A stretch of 64,000 nt of DNA from Pseudolabrys sp. (GCA_035760805.1 DASTSG010000047.1:1924-65923), one strand, 5' to 3'; positions 7,824 through 16,714 are shown, counted from the stretch's first letter. Numbers and translations are program-made. The notes: generated from the letters alone by a model not told the origin.

Positions 7824-8957
7824 ATGACTGCTACACTGCTTGAAAGCACGACCGAGGGCGAGCGCCTGAGGCTGGCGGCGGCCGGCGCCTGGACGGCGCA
7901 GCACGCGCGCGTCATCGAGAAGCTCATCGACACGCAGACCGGCAAGCGCGAGGCGATCCGCAGCGTGGTTGTTGACGCAGGCGGCATCGAAAAACTCGAC
8001 ACGTTCGGCGCCTGGCTTCTGGAGCGGCTGGTGCGGGCGTGGAAGGCGCACGGGTGCGAGACCGCCATCGTCGGCCTTGCCGAGACCTACCGCGGCTTGA
8101 TGGATGAAGTCCGCACGGTTCCGGAAAACGCGCCGGACCAACGCCGCCACCGAGGCGAAATCGTTCACACGGTAATCGCCGTGGGCCGCACGATGGTCAA
8201 GGCACTCGATTCGCTCGTGTCGAGCGCCAACATGATCGGCGCCGTCTCCATTGCGCTCTTGCGTGTGCTGGTGCGTCCGCGCCGTTTTCGTTTGACCGCC
8301 ATGGTCCATCATCTGGAGAACGTGGGCTGGCGCGCGGTGCCGATCATCCTGCTGATCACGTTCCTGATCGGTTGCATCATCGCGCAGCAGGGCATCTTCC
8401 ATTTCCGCAAATTCGGCGCCGACGTTTACGTCGTCGACATGGTCGGCATTCTGGTGCTGCGGGAGATCGGCGTGCTGATCGTGTCCATCATGGTCGCCGG
8501 TCGCTCCGGCAGCGCCTACACGGCCGAACTTGGCTCGATGAAAATGCGCGAAGAAATCGATGCCCTGCGCACGATGGGCTTCGATCCGGTCGAGGTGCTC
8601 ATTCTTCCGCGCATTCTGGCGCTGATCATCGGCGTGCCAATTCTGACGTTTCTCGGCTCGATAGCGGCGCTTTACGGCGGTGGGCTTGTCGCCTGGTTCT
8701 ACGGCGGGATCGATCCGGAAATTTTCCTCGGGAGGCTGAAGGAAGCAATCTCGCTGCAGACCTTCGAGGTCGGCATGATCAAGGCGCCGTTCATGGCGCT
8801 GGTGATCGGCATTGTCGCCTGCGTGCAGGGCCTGAAGGTGAAAGGCAGCGCGGAATCGCTTGGCCTGCAAACCACCGCATCCGTCGTCGAGTCGATATTT
8901 CTGGTCATCGTGCTTGACGGCTTGTTCGCGATCTTTTTCGCCTCCATCGGGATGTGA
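7824..8957 (+). CDS. MlaE-family ABC transporter permease with N-terminal STAS-like domain
   Basis: ORF track, 377 aa. The N-terminal ~110 aa are soluble and the C-terminal part is MlaE-like (REIGVLIVSIMVAGRSGSAYTAELGSMKMREEIDAL). Confidence 0.85.
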   Translation: MTATLLESTTEGERLRLAAAGAWTAQHARVIEKLIDTQTGKREAIRSVVVDAGGIEKLDTFGAWLLERLVRAWKAHGCETAIVGLAETYRGLMDEVRTVPENAPDQRRHRGEIVHTVIAVGRTMVKALDSLVSSANMIGAVSIALLRVLVRPRRFRLTAMVHHLENVGWRAVPIILLITFLIGCIIAQQGIFHFRKFGADVYVVDMVGILVLREIGVLIVSIMVAGRSGSAYTAELGSMKMREEIDALRTMGFDPVEVLILPRILALIIGVPILTFLGSIAALYGGGLVAWFYGGIDPEIFLGRLKEAISLQTFEVGMIKAPFMALVIGIVACVQGLKVKGSAESLGLQTTASVVESIFLVIVLDGLFAIFFASIGM

Positions 8958-8960
8958 ACG

Positions 8961-9761
8961 ATGGTTACGAACGGCAGGAGCGGAAAGGAGGTCGTGATCG
9001 CCGTGCGCGACGTCGTCGTCGGCTTCGGCGAAGCGAATGTGCTCAATCATCTCGACCTCGATGTCTACCGCGGCGAAGTGCTCGGCTTTGTCGGCGGCTC
9101 CGGCGCAGGCAAATCGGTGCTGATGCGCACCATCATCGGCCTGTTGCCGAAGCGGCACGGCAAGATCGAGGTGTTCGGGGTCGACATGGACGCGGCGAGC
9201 GACAAGGAGCGGCAGGCCGTCGAGCGGCGTTGGGGCGTGCTGTTCCAGCAGGGCGCGCTGTTCTCGTCATTGACGGTCAAGGAGAACGTGCAATTCCCCG
9301 TGCGCGAGTACCTTAAATTGTCGCAGCGGCTGCTCGATGAGCTGGCAGTGGCGAAGCTTGAAATGGTGGGCCTGAGCGCTGACGTCCAGGACAAGTTTCC
9401 TTCCGAGTTGTCGGGCGGCATGACCAAGCGTGTGGCGCTTGCGCGCGCGCTGGCGCTCGATCCGGAAATCGTCTTTCTCGACGAGCCGACATCGGGGCTC
9501 GACCCGATCGGCGCCGGCGATTTCGATAGCCTGATCGCCACCCTTCAGCGCACTTTGGGACTGACCGTTTTCATGGTAACGCACGACCTCGACAGTCTTT
9601 ACACAGTGTGCGACCGCATTGCGGTGCTGGCGGACGGCAAGGTCATCGCGCAAGGCACGATGGAGACAATGCTCGCATCCGAGCATCCCTGGCTCAGAGC
9701 CTATTTCCACGGAAAGCGCGCCCGTTCGCTCGACCGGAACGCGGCGGCGGCCCACGCCTGA
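8961..9761 (+). CDS. ABC transporter ATP-binding protein (MlaF-like)
   Basis: ORF track, 266 aa. Walker A GGSGAGKS, signature LSGGMTKR and Walker B IVFLDEPTSGLD are present. Starts 4 nt after the permease. Confidence 0.9.
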   Translation: MVTNGRSGKEVVIAVRDVVVGFGEANVLNHLDLDVYRGEVLGFVGGSGAGKSVLMRTIIGLLPKRHGKIEVFGVDMDAASDKERQAVERRWGVLFQQGALFSSLTVKENVQFPVREYLKLSQRLLDELAVAKLEMVGLSADVQDKFPSELSGGMTKRVALARALALDPEIVFLDEPTSGLDPIGAGDFDSLIATLQRTLGLTVFMVTHDLDSLYTVCDRIAVLADGKVIAQGTMETMLASEHPWLRAYFHGKRARSLDRNAAAAHA

Positions 9762-9776
9762 GCGGAGAACCGCCTG

Positions 9777-10691
9777 ATGGAAACCAAAGCCAACTACGTC
9801 GTCATCGGTACGTTCACGCTGGCTGTCATCGCCGCCGTGTTCGGCTTTATCTATTGGTTCCAGAACACCGGCGGCTCGAGCGAACGCGCCTATTACCGTG
9901 TGACATTCGACGGGCCGGTTTCGGGTTTGCGCACGGGCGCGTCGGTTTTGTTCAACGGCATCAGGGTCGGGGAGGTCACCTCATTGGCCCTTGATCCGTC
10001 GCAGCCGAAACGCGTGCTGGCAAACATTTCGGTCGACAAGGCCGTCGCCATCCGGCCGGACACGGAAGTCGGGCTCGAATTCCAAGGGCTGACCGGCATT
10101 GCATCGCTGTCACTGCACGGCGGGTCACCGAACCTGGCGCCGCTTGCCGGCACAAAGGACAATCCACCGGTGCTCACGGCGCCGGCGGCGGCGACCCTCG
10201 ACGCGACGCAGGCTGCGCGCGACGTGCTGCGCCGGCTGGATGACCTGATCGTTGAAAATCAGAAGGCGCTGCACGCAACGCTGCAAAACCTTGATGCGTT
10301 TACCGAGACGCTCGCGCACAATACGGAACACATCAACAACACACTGGCGCAGATCGACACGTTCTCGGCCGCGCTCGCGCGAAATTCCGCCCGCATCGAT
10401 AAAATTGCCGAGGGCCTGCAAAGCCTCGCCGGCGGCGAGGACGGGAAAGGCGGCGACATCGGCGAGATGGTGCGCTCGATCAAGCAGCTTTCGGATAATC
10501 TCGACAAGCGCACCGCCGAGATCACCGACGATGTCAACAAGCTGACGGCGAAAGGCTCGCGCCAGATCGATTCGCTTTCAGCCGAGGCGCACCGCACACT
10601 CAACAACATCGACCGTATGGTGAAGAATATCGATGCCAACCCGAGCCGCCTCATCTTCGGCGGCGGCGGCAGCAGCGGCAGCAAGCGATAG
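9777..10691 (+). CDS. MCE/MlaD-family substrate-binding protein
   Basis: ORF track, 304 aa. N-terminal TM anchor (ANYVVIGTFTLAVIAAVFGFIYWF), MCE core (VSGLRTGASVLFNGIRVGEV) and a helical C-terminus. Confidence 0.85.
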   Translation: METKANYVVIGTFTLAVIAAVFGFIYWFQNTGGSSERAYYRVTFDGPVSGLRTGASVLFNGIRVGEVTSLALDPSQPKRVLANISVDKAVAIRPDTEVGLEFQGLTGIASLSLHGGSPNLAPLAGTKDNPPVLTAPAAATLDATQAARDVLRRLDDLIVENQKALHATLQNLDAFTETLAHNTEHINNTLAQIDTFSAALARNSARIDKIAEGLQSLAGGEDGKGGDIGEMVRSIKQLSDNLDKRTAEITDDVNKLTAKGSRQIDSLSAEAHRTLNNIDRMVKNIDANPSRLIFGGGGSSGSKR

Positions 10692-10845
10692 CACAACGCC
10701 AGGACTACGACCGGCGGTTTCAGCCGGTAAGGGGGCGCCGGAAATTAACCCCGGTGTTGGTTGCAGCGAAAGCACCGGCCCCAAAATCGGCTGATGCGCA
10801 GGCTTTGACGACTCGAGGCCGTGTTACTGGTTCGGAGACATTCCG

Positions 10846-11694
10846 ATGGGGCTCTTGCGTCCAATTGAAGTCGGCGTCAAACGGGCGTGGATCGACACAT
10901 GCTGGACCGCGAGCCAGTACGCAGCATCCTGGCTCGATCCACCCGCGGCGGCTTTTTACGGCCGTCTGCTCGATGAGGCGTATCTTCCAGACTACCTGAT
11001 CAATGTCATTCCCACGCACGATTTGATTTATATCAGCGTGCCGAAGGCGGCGTCCACGCGGATCCGAATGACGTTGGCGGCTGTCACCGGGCGGTTTTCA
11101 CTGACGCTGAAATTCAGCCAATGGCCGAAGCCTCGCGGACCGCAGGGCCCGCGCAGCATGACCGTGAGGTCATTTTATCGTCTGGCAATGAATCCCGCGA
11201 CATTGCGTTTCGCTTTTGTGCGCAATCCCTATGCTCGCATGGTCTCGTGCTGGGCCGACAAATACAAAGATAAACCGCTCGTTCCAGGCGATCCTTACGT
11301 CCAACTGTATTTGGCGAAAAGGAAGGAAATCGATTCCAGCTTGCCGGCGGGGGGCGATCGTACGCTTTCGTTCGGTGATTTTGTCACCTTTGCCGCGGCA
11401 GTCGCTTGCCTGCGGTACGATATCCACTTGCAGGTGCAGGACGATCTTCTTTCGATTCCGGGTTTGACGCTCGATTTCGTCGGCAAAGTTGAGAATTTTT
11501 CGGAAGATTTCGTGCGCGTTCTCGATCACGTCAAAGCACGCGACCGCATCCGCCGTGAGGCGCTTGCTCCGCTGAACAAATCCAGCCACGAGCATTGGTC
11601 GAAGTATTATACGCCGGACCTCGCGGATCGAATCTACCGTGCTCACGAATGCGATTTCGACCGTTTTGCTTATGCGCGGAAGTGGAGCGCGTAG
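10846..11694 (+). CDS. sulfotransferase family protein (Sulfotransfer_2/3-like)
   Basis: ORF track, 282 aa. PAPS-binding-like SVPKAASTRIRM and the FVRNPYARMVSCW block are present. GGAGA SD lies 9 nt upstream of ATG 10846. Confidence 0.7.
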   Translation: MGLLRPIEVGVKRAWIDTCWTASQYAASWLDPPAAAFYGRLLDEAYLPDYLINVIPTHDLIYISVPKAASTRIRMTLAAVTGRFSLTLKFSQWPKPRGPQGPRSMTVRSFYRLAMNPATLRFAFVRNPYARMVSCWADKYKDKPLVPGDPYVQLYLAKRKEIDSSLPAGGDRTLSFGDFVTFAAAVACLRYDIHLQVQDDLLSIPGLTLDFVGKVENFSEDFVRVLDHVKARDRIRREALAPLNKSSHEHWSKYYTPDLADRIYRAHECDFDRFAYARKWSA

Positions 11695-11928
11695 TCTCGT
11701 TCCCGTACCCCGTGGGAAATCGTGATCCAGGTCAAACCGGTTAACGTCAGCGGGATTTTCGCCGATCGAAGCGGTGCCAATTTAGTTTAAAATTGAAACT
11801 TGGCGTCGCTTTCACCGGCACCGGTTCTGATCCTGCGGGGCGCAGCGTCCGCAACCCAATTGAATTTGCGCGAGCGAAGCTGCAACCTATCGTCAGGCCC
11901 GCGAGCGGGCGGAGAAGAGGAGGCGACC

Positions 11929-12219
11929 ATGACCACCCGAGCGACGATCCATCGTTTCACTTCCCGGATGCTGACTGCGATTGCCGTTGTGTCGGCCGCG
12001 GGCATTCTTCTCGTTGCTGCGGCCGCCCCAAGCCAGGCCGGCGGGGTCCGCGACCATCGCGGTTCGAAGAGCAACGGATCGGCAACGGTGCGCGATCACC
12101 GCAGCGGTTGGGGCCAAGGCGAGGTGCGCGATCACCGCAATGGCAAAAACAAGGGCTGGGGCCAAGGCAAGGTGCGTGACCATCGCAAGCCCATCGTCAC
12201 GTTCCACGGACTGTTCTGA
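11929..12219 (+). CDS. small secreted protein with four VRDHR repeats
   Basis: Inside ORF 11800..12219. ATG 11929 is preceded by GGAGAAGAGGAGG. Signal peptide MTTRATIHRFTSRMLTAIAVVSAAGILLVAAAAPSQA is followed by GGVRDHR-x14-VRDHR-x7-VRDHR-x11-VRDHR. The gene is followed by a strong terminator. Confidence 0.65.
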   Translation: MTTRATIHRFTSRMLTAIAVVSAAGILLVAAAAPSQAGGVRDHRGSKSNGSATVRDHRSGWGQGEVRDHRNGKNKGWGQGKVRDHRKPIVTFHGLF

Positions 12220-12226
12220 TCCGTGT

Positions 12227-12260
12227 GCAAAAAACCCCGGATTGCGCCGGGGTCTTTTGC
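12227..12260. terminator. bidirectional rho-independent terminator
   Basis: gcaaaaaaCCCCGGattgcgCCGGGGtcttttgc: a perfect 6-bp GC stem flanked by an A-run and a T-run, between convergent genes (stops at 12219 and 12278). Confidence 0.75.
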
Positions 12261-12277
12261 ATCAGCATGACGCCCGG

Positions 12278-15200
12278 TCAATCGAGCCGGCCAGCGGCGT
12301 GCGCCAGCATGGTGTACACCTTGCCGGTTTCGGACGTGAGATAGGTCCGCGCCACCAATTGGCCGCGGTCGTCGCGAGACACTTCGTCAAGCAGCCGCTC
12401 GAATTCGGCGATGTAGCGGTCGACTGTCTGCTTGAACTCGCGGTCGGCACGGTATTTGCGGCGAATCTCGTCAAACGCGGTCTGGCCTTGCAAGGTATAG
12501 AGCCGGCGCGTGAAGACGTTGCGCTCGCCGCGTTTGTAGCGGTCCCACAGATCGGCGGCAGCCTCGTGGTCGATCATGCGCGCGATGTCGACCGACAGCG
12601 AATCGAGGGATTCGATCGAGTGACGCGGTGTGCGTTCCTCGTTCGGCCGGTTTGGTTCGCGCACAGGCTCTGGGCCGCCTTCACCCTCTTCGCGCGACGC
12701 GCGATTGAGCAAATCGGTCAACCAGCCGCGATTATTGTTGCCCTGCGCCGGATTGGTGGGAGCTGGCTCCGTCCGGCGCGTCGAAGGAGGGGCAAAGCTG
12801 CCGACGTCGCGCGGTGCGACGCGGCTGGCATTGTAATCTGAGCGGCTACTACCGACGGCGAACGGTGGTTCTTCGCGGTGGATCCGTCGTGACGGCTCTA
12901 CCGTATCGAGATTGCGGCCGTGGCGCGCAACGATGCGGTTGAGCTGCGCGAGCGCTTCGATCTGGTCGACGATCACCCGACGCATCTGAGCCGCGCTTTC
13001 GGCGGTTTCCTGCGGCAATTCGAGGATGCCCCGGCGCAGCTCCGCGCGTGTGGTTTCGAGTTCGCGCTGCATCTCGGCCGTCATCTGCTTCATGGTTTGC
13101 ACAGCCTCCGCGAAGCGCTCGTTCGCCTCGCGGAAGACTTCGTGCGTATCGCCGGCCGATTGCTCGAAAACAGCGCGCATGGATTCGGTGGTACGCCGGC
13201 GCTCTTCCTCGCTTGCCTGGCGCACCCGCTCGAACTGCTCGCCGATGATGCGCGTGCCCTCGCTGCTGCTTTCGGAAACGACACGCGCAATCTCGCGCGC
13301 GCGCGCCGAGGCGGATTCAAGCGATTCATCCAGCAGACTCGAAAACCGCTTGAGCCGCTCGTCGATATCTTCGGTGCGGATATCGAGCGCCGCGATCAGC
13401 GAGTCGAGTGTCACGCGCCGTTCGTTGACCGCTTCCTCGGTGCGCTGATTGCTGCGCTCGACCTGCTCGGCGGCGTTCCCGAGTTCGCGTCCTTGCGACT
13501 CGAACTGGGCGGCCAACTGGCCGAGGTCGGTGACAACGCGCTCGGTCACCTCCCGGAAGCCGTTGATGCTTTCCTCGAGCTTCTCGCTCGCGCGCCCGGT
13601 ACTGTTACTGACGTCGTTCATCGCGGTGACGAACTCGGAAACGCGCAGCATCAGCGTATTTTCCAGCGCCGCGATATTCTCGTGCGAACCGCTCAAGACT
13701 TCCTGCAGCATGATGTTGGCTTCGCGCAACCGCTCGAACAGGGCGGTGGTGTCGGAACTGAGCATATTGTGCGTTTCGCGCATCTCGGAAACGGCGGCGG
13801 TGGAGCTCTGTTTAGACTGCTCGATGGCGGCTTGCGCACTCGCGTTGAGTTCGGTGAGCGCCTGCGAAACGGCGGTGGCCGCGCCGTCTCCGGCCTTGTT
13901 GATGAGGCGGGCGATATCCTCGCTGTTCTCGACCACCGCGCGGGCAAAGGCGAGACCTCTCTCCTCGATAGCTCGCAGGGCGCTGTCGGTCGCTTTTTCG
14001 ATGTCTTCTGCGAATTGCGTGCCCTTTTCGGTGATCGCACCCAGCACGCCACCGCTGCGGTCCGAAAGCACCGCCGTCATTTCGGCCGTGCTGCGGCTGA
14101 CCGTGTTGGCAATTTCGTCGGCCTTGGCGACGAAATTGCGCGCGACATCCGCACTGACGCCGAGCAGCGCGCTTTCCACTTCGTTTGCGCTGGTCCGAAT
14201 GGCTTCGGTGGTAGCCGTCGCAAGCTGCGAAAGGGCGCGTTCGGCTTCCGACGAGTTCTTCTGGATAGCCTGACTGAGTTGCTCGACGCGCGCATTGAGC
14301 GCATCGGCGGCTGCTTTGGTGCGCTCCTCGATCTGATTGGTGACGGTTTCGGCCCGCCCAACCAGCAGTTCTTCGAAGCGGCCGACGCGATTGTCGAGCG
14401 TGTTGGCCACTTCGAGTGCGCGTGCGCCCAATGTGGTGTCGATTTCGCCGATCTTGGCGCCAAGAGTCTCGGAAACCTCTGTTCCGCGCCGATCGATCGT
14501 TCCGACAAGCTCGCTAATGCGCTGGTTGAGCGTGTTGAGGACGCCTTCACCGCTGGTATCGAGAGTCTTTGCCAGATTAGCCACGCGCGTGTCGAGGTTC
14601 TGCTCAAACTTGACCAGCCGCTGGTCGAACGCGCCGCTGACTTGTTCTGTTTTTGTCGTGACACGCTCGTCGAACGTGTCGATGTAGTTGCGCATCGCCT
14701 CGGAGACGTCCTGCGTTCGGCGCCCCAGCCGGTCCAACAGGTCGCCGCCATAGGTTTTGACGGTGCGGTCGAACTCGACCATATGCCGGACAATCAGACT
14801 GCCGAGCGTGCCGGCGTCGCGAGCGATCTTTTCGCTGAGTTCCGTTCCGCCCTTTTCGAAGATCTGTTCGAAGGCTTTGAGGCGCTCGGAGAGCATCTCC
14901 TTGACAGCGTCGCCACGGCCGTCAAGCGTGCCGGCGAGCATTTCCGCGCTCTGATTGAACGTCTCGGCCACCTTGCTGCTGCGCAAAATGATGGAGTCCG
15001 TGACCCGAGTGCCGGTTTCCTCGATCTGCGAGACCACGTCGTTGCTGCGGGTCGTCAGCTTGAGCACAAGCGAATCGCCGGCTGACTCGAGCGAACCGCT
15101 CACGCCCTCGATGCGAGTCGCGACCTCGTCGCTGATCCGCTTGCCGGCTTCGGCGACGGACTCGGCGAGCGCGCGCGAGCGCGCGGACATATCCTCGACA

Positions 15201-16537
15201 GTGGCGGTCGTCTTCTGCGCAAATCCTTGCGCGACGTCGTCAAGCCGTGTCGTCAGCATCTCCTGAAGTCGCGCGGCAAACTCTGCAAACTCAGCGTGCA
15301 CATGGTCGGCCTTGAAGGTGAGGCTCTCATGGAGCTGGTCGCTCGCGGAAGAGATTGCCGCAATGGCTTTGCCGCTGGCGCTCTCGAGCCGCTGCAGCAA
15401 TTCATTGCTGCGGCCGTTCAGCGCGTCGATCATCGAGTTGCTTGCGATCGAAATCGCATTCGTCGTGTTGTCGCTCGTCGCTTCAAGGCGGGTAAGCAGA
15501 TCGCTGCCGCGCTTGCCGAGCGCGTCGATCATCGAATCGCCGGCCTGGCCGAGAGCGAGCGTGATGTGCTCTCCGCGCTCGGTCAGTGCGCGCGTGACCT
15601 GCTGGGCCACTTCATTCACCTTGTCCGAGACGAGGTCGCCGACCGATGCGATATCGTGCGACAGATCGAGGTGGACGCTGGAGATCGCGTTGCGAACATG
15701 CTCGGCCTGGCCGACCAAGGTTTCCCGCTGTCTGGAAAGCTCACTCAGCAAGTCGCGGATACGAATTTCGTTGTCATTGTAGGCGCGTTCGAGGGCGGAC
15801 ACCTCATTGTGCACGAGCGCTTCGAGTTCTGCCGCGCGCGCAAGCGCACGTTCGACGCCGTCCCCCATCGCGGCAACTTCGCGGCGGATCGCCTGGCCGA
15901 CGGTCACGACCGACTCGCGCGCCGCGATTTCCGGCTGCGTCAGGCGAACGGCAACTTCGGCGAGCGACTCGGCAACCTGCCGAAGGTCTTGCGAGCGGTG
16001 GATGAGCAGCGCCAGCACATAAATGAAAATGACCGGAATGATGATTGCAGCGGCGAGACCGAAAATCGCCGTCGTGCCGATGCGCGGCACACCGGCGAGT
16101 TGCAGCAAATCGGTTCTAAACAGGTAAGCGAAGGCGAGGGCGCCGATCGTCCACAGCGCAGCGATTGCAGTTGCAGCGGCATAAGGCTTGCGGGAGGGTC
16201 GTTTCTGAAGCGCCTGAAGAAGTTGTCCGATCGAGGCCCGATCATCGTTTGCCGGCCGGTGCGTAAGCGAGGGGGCTTCCGATTCCGGCGAGGCAGGCGT
16301 TTCGGGCTCACGCTCGAATATGCCTGTCTGGACGGGCTGAGCTGCCGCAGGAAACGCCTTGGGATGTGACTCGTCCGCCTGGGCCTCTTCGGCGCGAGCG
16401 AGTTCGCGACGTGGCGCCTTCTCAACGCCGTTGAGCGCATCCTCGATGGCCGAGAGTGCCTCTTCGGTCGGATCCTTCGCCTTCTGTGGATGGTTTGCCA
16501 TAGCGCTCGTCGCCTCGTCAGTATGCGACCCGGACAT
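12278..16537 (-). CDS. giant membrane-anchored coiled-coil/apolipoprotein-like repeat protein (possible GPR-like polar scaffold)
   Basis: ORF 12278..16636(-), 1452 aa. Likely starts are ATG 16537 or ATG 16501 (MANHPQKAKD). Architecture: acidic/Pro-rich N-terminus, two TM segments, ~1000 aa of degenerate amphipathic helical repeats, Pro-rich linker, conserved-looking C-terminal domain (FTRRLYTLQGQTAFDEIRRKYRADREF). The functional label is inference. Confidence 0.8.
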   Translation of the reverse strand: MSGSHTDEATSAMANHPQKAKDPTEEALSAIEDALNGVEKAPRRELARAEEAQADESHPKAFPAAAQPVQTGIFEREPETPASPESEAPSLTHRPANDDRASIGQLLQALQKRPSRKPYAAATAIAALWTIGALAFAYLFRTDLLQLAGVPRIGTTAIFGLAAAIIIPVIFIYVLALLIHRSQDLRQVAESLAEVAVRLTQPEIAARESVVTVGQAIRREVAAMGDGVERALARAAELEALVHNEVSALERAYNDNEIRIRDLLSELSRQRETLVGQAEHVRNAISSVHLDLSHDIASVGDLVSDKVNEVAQQVTRALTERGEHITLALGQAGDSMIDALGKRGSDLLTRLEATSDNTTNAISIASNSMIDALNGRSNELLQRLESASGKAIAAISSASDQLHESLTFKADHVHAEFAEFAARLQEMLTTRLDDVAQGFAQKTTATVEDMSARSRALAESVAEAGKRISDEVATRIEGVSGSLESAGDSLVLKLTTRSNDVVSQIEETGTRVTDSIILRSSKVAETFNQSAEMLAGTLDGRGDAVKEMLSERLKAFEQIFEKGGTELSEKIARDAGTLGSLIVRHMVEFDRTVKTYGGDLLDRLGRRTQDVSEAMRNYIDTFDERVTTKTEQVSGAFDQRLVKFEQNLDTRVANLAKTLDTSGEGVLNTLNQRISELVGTIDRRGTEVSETLGAKIGEIDTTLGARALEVANTLDNRVGRFEELLVGRAETVTNQIEERTKAAADALNARVEQLSQAIQKNSSEAERALSQLATATTEAIRTSANEVESALLGVSADVARNFVAKADEIANTVSRSTAEMTAVLSDRSGGVLGAITEKGTQFAEDIEKATDSALRAIEERGLAFARAVVENSEDIARLINKAGDGAATAVSQALTELNASAQAAIEQSKQSSTAAVSEMRETHNMLSSDTTALFERLREANIMLQEVLSGSHENIAALENTLMLRVSEFVTAMNDVSNSTGRASEKLEESINGFREVTERVVTDLGQLAAQFESQGRELGNAAEQVERSNQRTEEAVNERRVTLDSLIAALDIRTEDIDERLKRFSSLLDESLESASARAREIARVVSESSSEGTRIIGEQFERVRQASEEERRRTTESMRAVFEQSAGDTHEVFREANERFAEAVQTMKQMTAEMQRELETTRAELRRGILELPQETAESAAQMRRVIVDQIEALAQLNRIVARHGRNLDTVEPSRRIHREEPPFAVGSSRSDYNASRVAPRDVGSFAPPSTRRTEPAPTNPAQGNNNRGWLTDLLNRASREEGEGGPEPVREPNRPNEERTPRHSIESLDSLSVDIARMIDHEAAADLWDRYKRGERNVFTRRLYTLQGQTAFDEIRRKYRADREFKQTVDRYIAEFERLLDEVSRDDRGQLVARTYLTSETGKVYTMLAHAAGRLD

Positions 16538-16695
16538 CGCCATCCAACCATTCCGTACCGGTGGCCTGGATGTGCAAAACGGGCTTTTGGCGGTCGTCCC
16601 ACACCGCCGCGGAGCGGGTCTTTTACCGCCGGTCATTCATCCTATCGGCTTGGCAATGCAAAGAAAACCGTCGCGTTAACGACTTTTATTCATCG

Positions 16696-16714
16696 TTAAT
16701 CTTCATTTAACCAT
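16696..16714. promoter_or_regulatory. candidate full CtrA box TTAA-N7-TTAACCAT
   Basis: TTAATCTTCATTTAACCAT at 16696-16714, with a further TTAAC at 16676-16680. It lies in the divergent intergenic region between the giant coiled-coil gene and the Hpt gene. Confidence 0.5.

Noticed and set aside
7638-9158. A 506-aa minus-strand ORF across the MlaE/MlaF genes
   Set aside because: Its His/Asp/Arg/Ala-rich nonsense composition is typical of an antisense frame, and the plus-strand genes carry clear ABC permease and ATPase motifs.
12920-15085. A 721-aa plus-strand ORF, and several other 100-380-aa ORFs (13449..14273, 15227..16369, 14077..14793 and others), overlapping the giant minus-strand gene
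   Set aside because: They are antisense or off-frame shadows of a long GC-rich repetitive gene. Their translations are Arg/Ala/Leu/Gly-rich with no motifs, whereas the 1452-aa frame has TM helices, regular amphipathic repeats and a structured C-terminus.
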